From assembly GCA_044892505.1 (NCBI GenBank), contig CM097882.1:496620001-496684000 (forward strand): a DNA stretch of 64,000 nt, in the 5' to 3' direction. Below are positions 24,880 through 64,000 of the stretch, in pieces (the first letter of the stretch is position 1; every line of letters begins with the position of its first letter). A program made the position numbers and the translations under genes. The notes below the pieces were generated by a model. It did not search any database. It saw nothing but the letters and a program-made list of their open reading frames with translations, and was not told the origin of the DNA. The stretch is from Schmidtea nova (lineage: Eukaryota).

Positions 24880-25903
24880 TTTCACTGTCGAGTACCGTGG
24901 AAACTGCCACCATAGGATGCATATCTTGCATCGCAACTTGTGACTAGTGAGGTAATCATTCGACACTCCACATAGCACACGTTATATAACAGTTAATAAT
25001 TACACAACACGCATCCATATTAAAATAGAAATTTTGATTGAAACCATTACAAGTGTATTTGAATTTTTAAATTGGTAAATTTTATTGTTCTATAAAATTT
25101 GAATTAAAACAAGATTTTTTCTTATTTATCAATATAGCAAGTGCACACTCAGACCTCAACACATTTATATATAATAGTGTTACCACATATAACTGTATTG
25201 ATGAAATATTAATTTCATGAAATCTTTTAAAAAATTCAATATTATTTTTTAATTATTTGGCGCCTTATTTTAGCACAGTTATCATATTGGTTGGAACAGC
25301 TCTGTCGGGGATCATTGCAAAACCAAACCTGGCCCTTAAAACAATTGAATTATTATCACCGTCACGGAATGAGAACATTCCATCAGCCTCCAAGATAATC
25401 AAACAAAATAGGCCAAGAAAGACCAAGCGAGCATTCAAGAAGAGTTAAAAAGAAGCTACATCAAAAATTTAGGTATTTCACGAGCACTTGCGATAACATT
25501 GATTCGCCAGAATGAAAAAATAGTGATGTGTAATTTTGAATTTTGATGGAATTTTTTTATTCTGTAATTTATCTTATTTAATTTTATTCTATTCTATTAA
25601 TGGTTTGATTTTCTAGAATTTTTCTTCTTATTATATTTAAAAATTTAATTATTATAATTATTAATAATGAAATGCAAACTGAATTTTTCCTTTGATAATA
25701 GAAAATTGGATCAAATGACATCACCATAGGTTTTGAACAAATAAATAATGGAAATAGCTAAAAATAGAGAAAAGAGATGAGAAAACGAGCGCAGATCTTC
25801 TATCGATAACCCTTGAATTCAACGTGAAACTTGGTAAATTATAGTTATGAACCAGTCAGAGCTCCCTTTTTGTGAGTAGCGATCTATTGGGCACAGTACC
25901 AAC

Positions 25904-25959
25904 GTTGCCTAGCGACGGGTAACCAATAATCAAAATGATTTTACGGTTGCTAAGGGAAC
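25904..25959. promoter_or_regulatory. Two candidate RFX X-box motifs
   Basis: GTTGCCTAGCGAC (25904-25916) and GTTGCTAAGGGAAC (25946-25959), about 0.8 kb upstream of the calcineurin ATG. Confidence 0.45.
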
Positions 25960-26725
25960 CTTGTAACATAGTTTTTCACCCACTAGTAACCTAGCACTTG
26001 TGAGTTTTTAATTAAGCGCATCCTAATTTAAATTGAATTGCCATTTAAGGGCCACAATGAATTTCTTCGTCCACATTCTATTTTCTGGGTTTTAATAAAA
26101 ATCTTTTATTGTACGGTTAAGTTTCTCCTTTACTCGCCTGTTGTTTCTCAATATTTTTCTTTATTATTTCTATTATTTAATTTTAATTTTGCTCTTTTCA
26201 GGTTGACTTACCATTTTTATGTCCAAAATTTTTGAATCTTTTACTGGTACCTAATGCAATATTTTTAATGCATTTAGACACCGCATTATTAAGAGTGACA
26301 ACTCTTTCTTGTTGATTAATTTAAACAATTTTATTCACTTTCTGGTTAAATGTCCATCATATTTACAATAATTTGCCATACATTTTTAACACTTATAATT
26401 AAAAAATTATATTTTCATTGATTATTTTAATAAATAATTTTGCAATTAGTTCACAATAATAATAACAATATTAATATCAATATTAATAATTGATCAAAAT
26501 TAATTTTCATAAAAAATATTTTCAAAACCAAAATTTCAATAAATGATCAACATTCACATAATAAGTAAAAAGAATTTTTACTTAAATCTTAAAATAATAC
26601 ATTATTCATAAATTTTTCAATATTATAATTTTTTATTAGAAAATTGTTCTAATCAACTATTGTTTTGTAAATTATTCAACTACTCTTATATGTATTATTG
26701 ATTAAATAATATTATTTTTTTATAA

Positions 26726-61684
<34,959 letters not shown>

Positions 61685-62169
61685 GTAATTAAATTATTAA
61701 ATTATTTTTTCATAATTACAATCAATTGAACAATTTTATTATCTTATATTTACAAATTTGTTACAAATATGTCAAATTAAAACTCGAAGTTTTTGTTATT
61801 ATTACTTTCTTGTAGTTAATTCTGACGGAAGGTGCTATTAAATTAATTTTGTTTCGGTTATTATTATTTTTTTTATTATTACTAATGTATCCAGAAAATT
61901 ATAAATTATGCTATAAATTATAAATACTATTAGTCCGTGTATTTATATTCAAAAAATCTTTTATATTAATTATAATAAGAATGTAATGTGTGTGCATATG
62001 GAGTAGTTGTGCACTCATAGTTATCCTTGGATGAGTCACCTACTGTCTAAGTCTAGTTTCTACAGACACGTCGCATTTTAATATAAATCCGAACTATCCA
62101 CATAGTTATTGTCATTGTTATATAGTTATTCACACCATGATCAAGTTTAAAGATGCAGTTTCTACTCAA

Positions 62170-62635
62170 AGAAAATCTATTTTTGGCTTCGGTTGAAAGT
62201 GGAAAGCATTCAGTTGATGAAATTACTTGTAAAATTGGCGTTAGTAAACGCACAGTGTAGCTTGTGACGAAAGCTGGTGTCTCAAATACAGCTAGAAAAG
62301 GTGGTTGTGGACGCAAGCGTTGTACGTCTGTCATTACTGGTCGTGTAATTCAACGTAAAGTCTTAATAGATCCACAGATGGTTGTCATCGTACGATATCA
62401 ATCATGATTTACGCCAAAGTAAAGTTTTTATCTCATACAAGACTGTAGGTCATTGTAAAGAGGCGCCTACGTGTCAATATCGTGACAACCAAACAATGCA
62501 TCTGTGCTATTGCCGTAGAAGTTTGGTCAAAGGACGTTTCTCTGAGATATTCCGGAAACATTTTTCACGAATGACTGATCAAGAACAGGTGGTGATACGG
62601 GCGAAAGGTGGACACATCAAATATAAGTGGTTTTT
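62170..62635 (+). mobile_element. Tc1-like transposase remnant (internally deleted)
   Basis: N-terminal HTH-like KIGVSKRTV..RKGGCGRKR.TS, and the C-terminal VIRAKGGHIKY typical of Tc1 transposases. Ends not identified. Confidence 0.65.
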
Positions 62636-63100
62636 CATATGTTCTACACACTTATTGTATGGTCTTGTTAAATTGATTTATTACATGATTTGTCTTACTA
62701 AATTGCTTTTTCAGTGAACAGCAAAAATTTATACCTCTTAATTTCAAATAACTAAATACAAGTTAGACTTGTTTGCAAAACGAAAAGAAGAATGACAGTT
62801 AGATTGTCCCTTACTATATGACTTTGAAAAGATTTATTTTTTTGTTAGATAGAGGTTCTCTATCTAAAGATGTTGTTACAGTGTAACAAACGACCATATT
62901 TATATTGGTTGGACAATTTGTGTCAATCACTTAAAACTTTTTCAATGTAAAGATTTTTTTATTTTCGGGAAATTTATTCAGAAATTTCATTTAATATCGT
63001 TTCGGTTAAAAAAGCTATATGTATATGTGTGTATAATTCTGAATTATATATATTTTAAATGTAAAGTGCTATGTCATTCAAAGCATTTTTAATTGAAACT

Positions 63101-63267
63101 ATTCAACATACTTTTCGGCACTGACTTTGTATTGAATATGGTAAAGGAAAATTTTAATTTGTTTTAAAGTTACCAATATGTCGGAATTTCCAAACCGCAG
63201 AGGCGGAACGATAATTCAGACCATCGTCATTCAAATTATTCAACATACTTTTCGGTACTGACTTTGT
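63101..63267. repeat. 30-bp direct repeat, two copies ~137 bp apart
   Basis: ATTCAACATACTTTTCGG(C/T)ACTGACTTTGT at 63101 and 63238. Confidence 0.8.
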
Positions 63268-63610
63268 CTTAAATAGGGCAAATGAAATTTTTTATTTTGT
63301 TGTCTGAAAATATACGAAATCGTAAAAATATCTAAGGTGACGAATATTAATAAGAATATCATTCACATATATTACATTTATTTCTCAAAATAGTTTTCAG
63401 TTAAAAATTTCAAAAAATTACTGAAAAGTCGAATGAGTTTTAATAAATTTGTATAGTTTTTCTACCCAATCATTTGAATGTGTTTAAGTACTTATATTAA
63501 ATAAACAGAAAATTTCATATATTTGCTAATCAATTAAAAGACAAGTAAACATCATTGTTATTTGTTTCTGAATTTGTCTATAATTTTATCTAAAGATATA
63601 ATATATATAA

Positions 63611-63641
<31 letters not shown>
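63611..63641. repeat. (AGAT)n microsatellite
   Basis: Direct reading of the sequence. Confidence 0.85.
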
Positions 63642-64000
63642 TAACCACATTTAGGCTATATCAACCACCGCCCAATACGTCAATTCCAAAAATTAATCAT
63701 ACTAAATTGATTTTTCTGGCCACAAATGCTTCAACCTGATATAGATTTACTTATATAATACTATTACATGAAGTCAGTCTCGTCCAGGCAGCAAGATGTA
63801 TCTATACAGTAAATAGCATTACTATAATGATCTCCACACGAAGTTAGGCCACATACCACCGCATCTGAGTGAACATAAGAGCATATTCTGCTGCCGCTTT
63901 GTGAACAAAGTTGTTGATATCAAAATCTGTAATATTGACGAAGAAATGAAACTGCAGTTGTTACTTTCTTACATTTGAGGCGAACTTTGTACAAATTTAA

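Noticed and set aside
25257-25830. Exon-like segments upstream of calcineurin
   Set aside because: No consistent spliced ORF or recognisable protein in any frame tried.

Overview
AT-rich eukaryotic (most likely invertebrate animal) genomic scaffold with many N-gaps. Host genes: the 5' end of RNA polymerase III largest subunit (minus strand, runs off the window start), exon 1 of a GH99 endo-alpha-mannosidase (minus strand), and a calcineurin A gene (plus strand, 26726 to beyond 61684) whose nine visible exons are separated either by 47-149 nt introns or by 9-12.5 kb transposon-filled introns. Most of the rest is mobile DNA: a degraded Ty3/gypsy LTR retrotransposon (10722-16228), two Penelope-like fragments, two divergent remnants of a Polinton-type protein-primed DNA polymerase element, a second truncated gypsy gag with a short putative LTR, two hAT transposons, two mariners, Tc1 derivatives and several MITEs. 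The most notable observations are: (1) a ubiquitin-like domain ending in RTRGG fused to the N-terminus of the gypsy Gag; (2) an ORF inside that element's LTR together with retrovirus-like splice signals; (3) an intact four-exon Cys/His-rich gene directly upstream of the dead Polinton-type polymerase, whose last splice acceptor is conserved in the second, divergent copy. All family assignments come from motif recognition by eye; no database searches were run.
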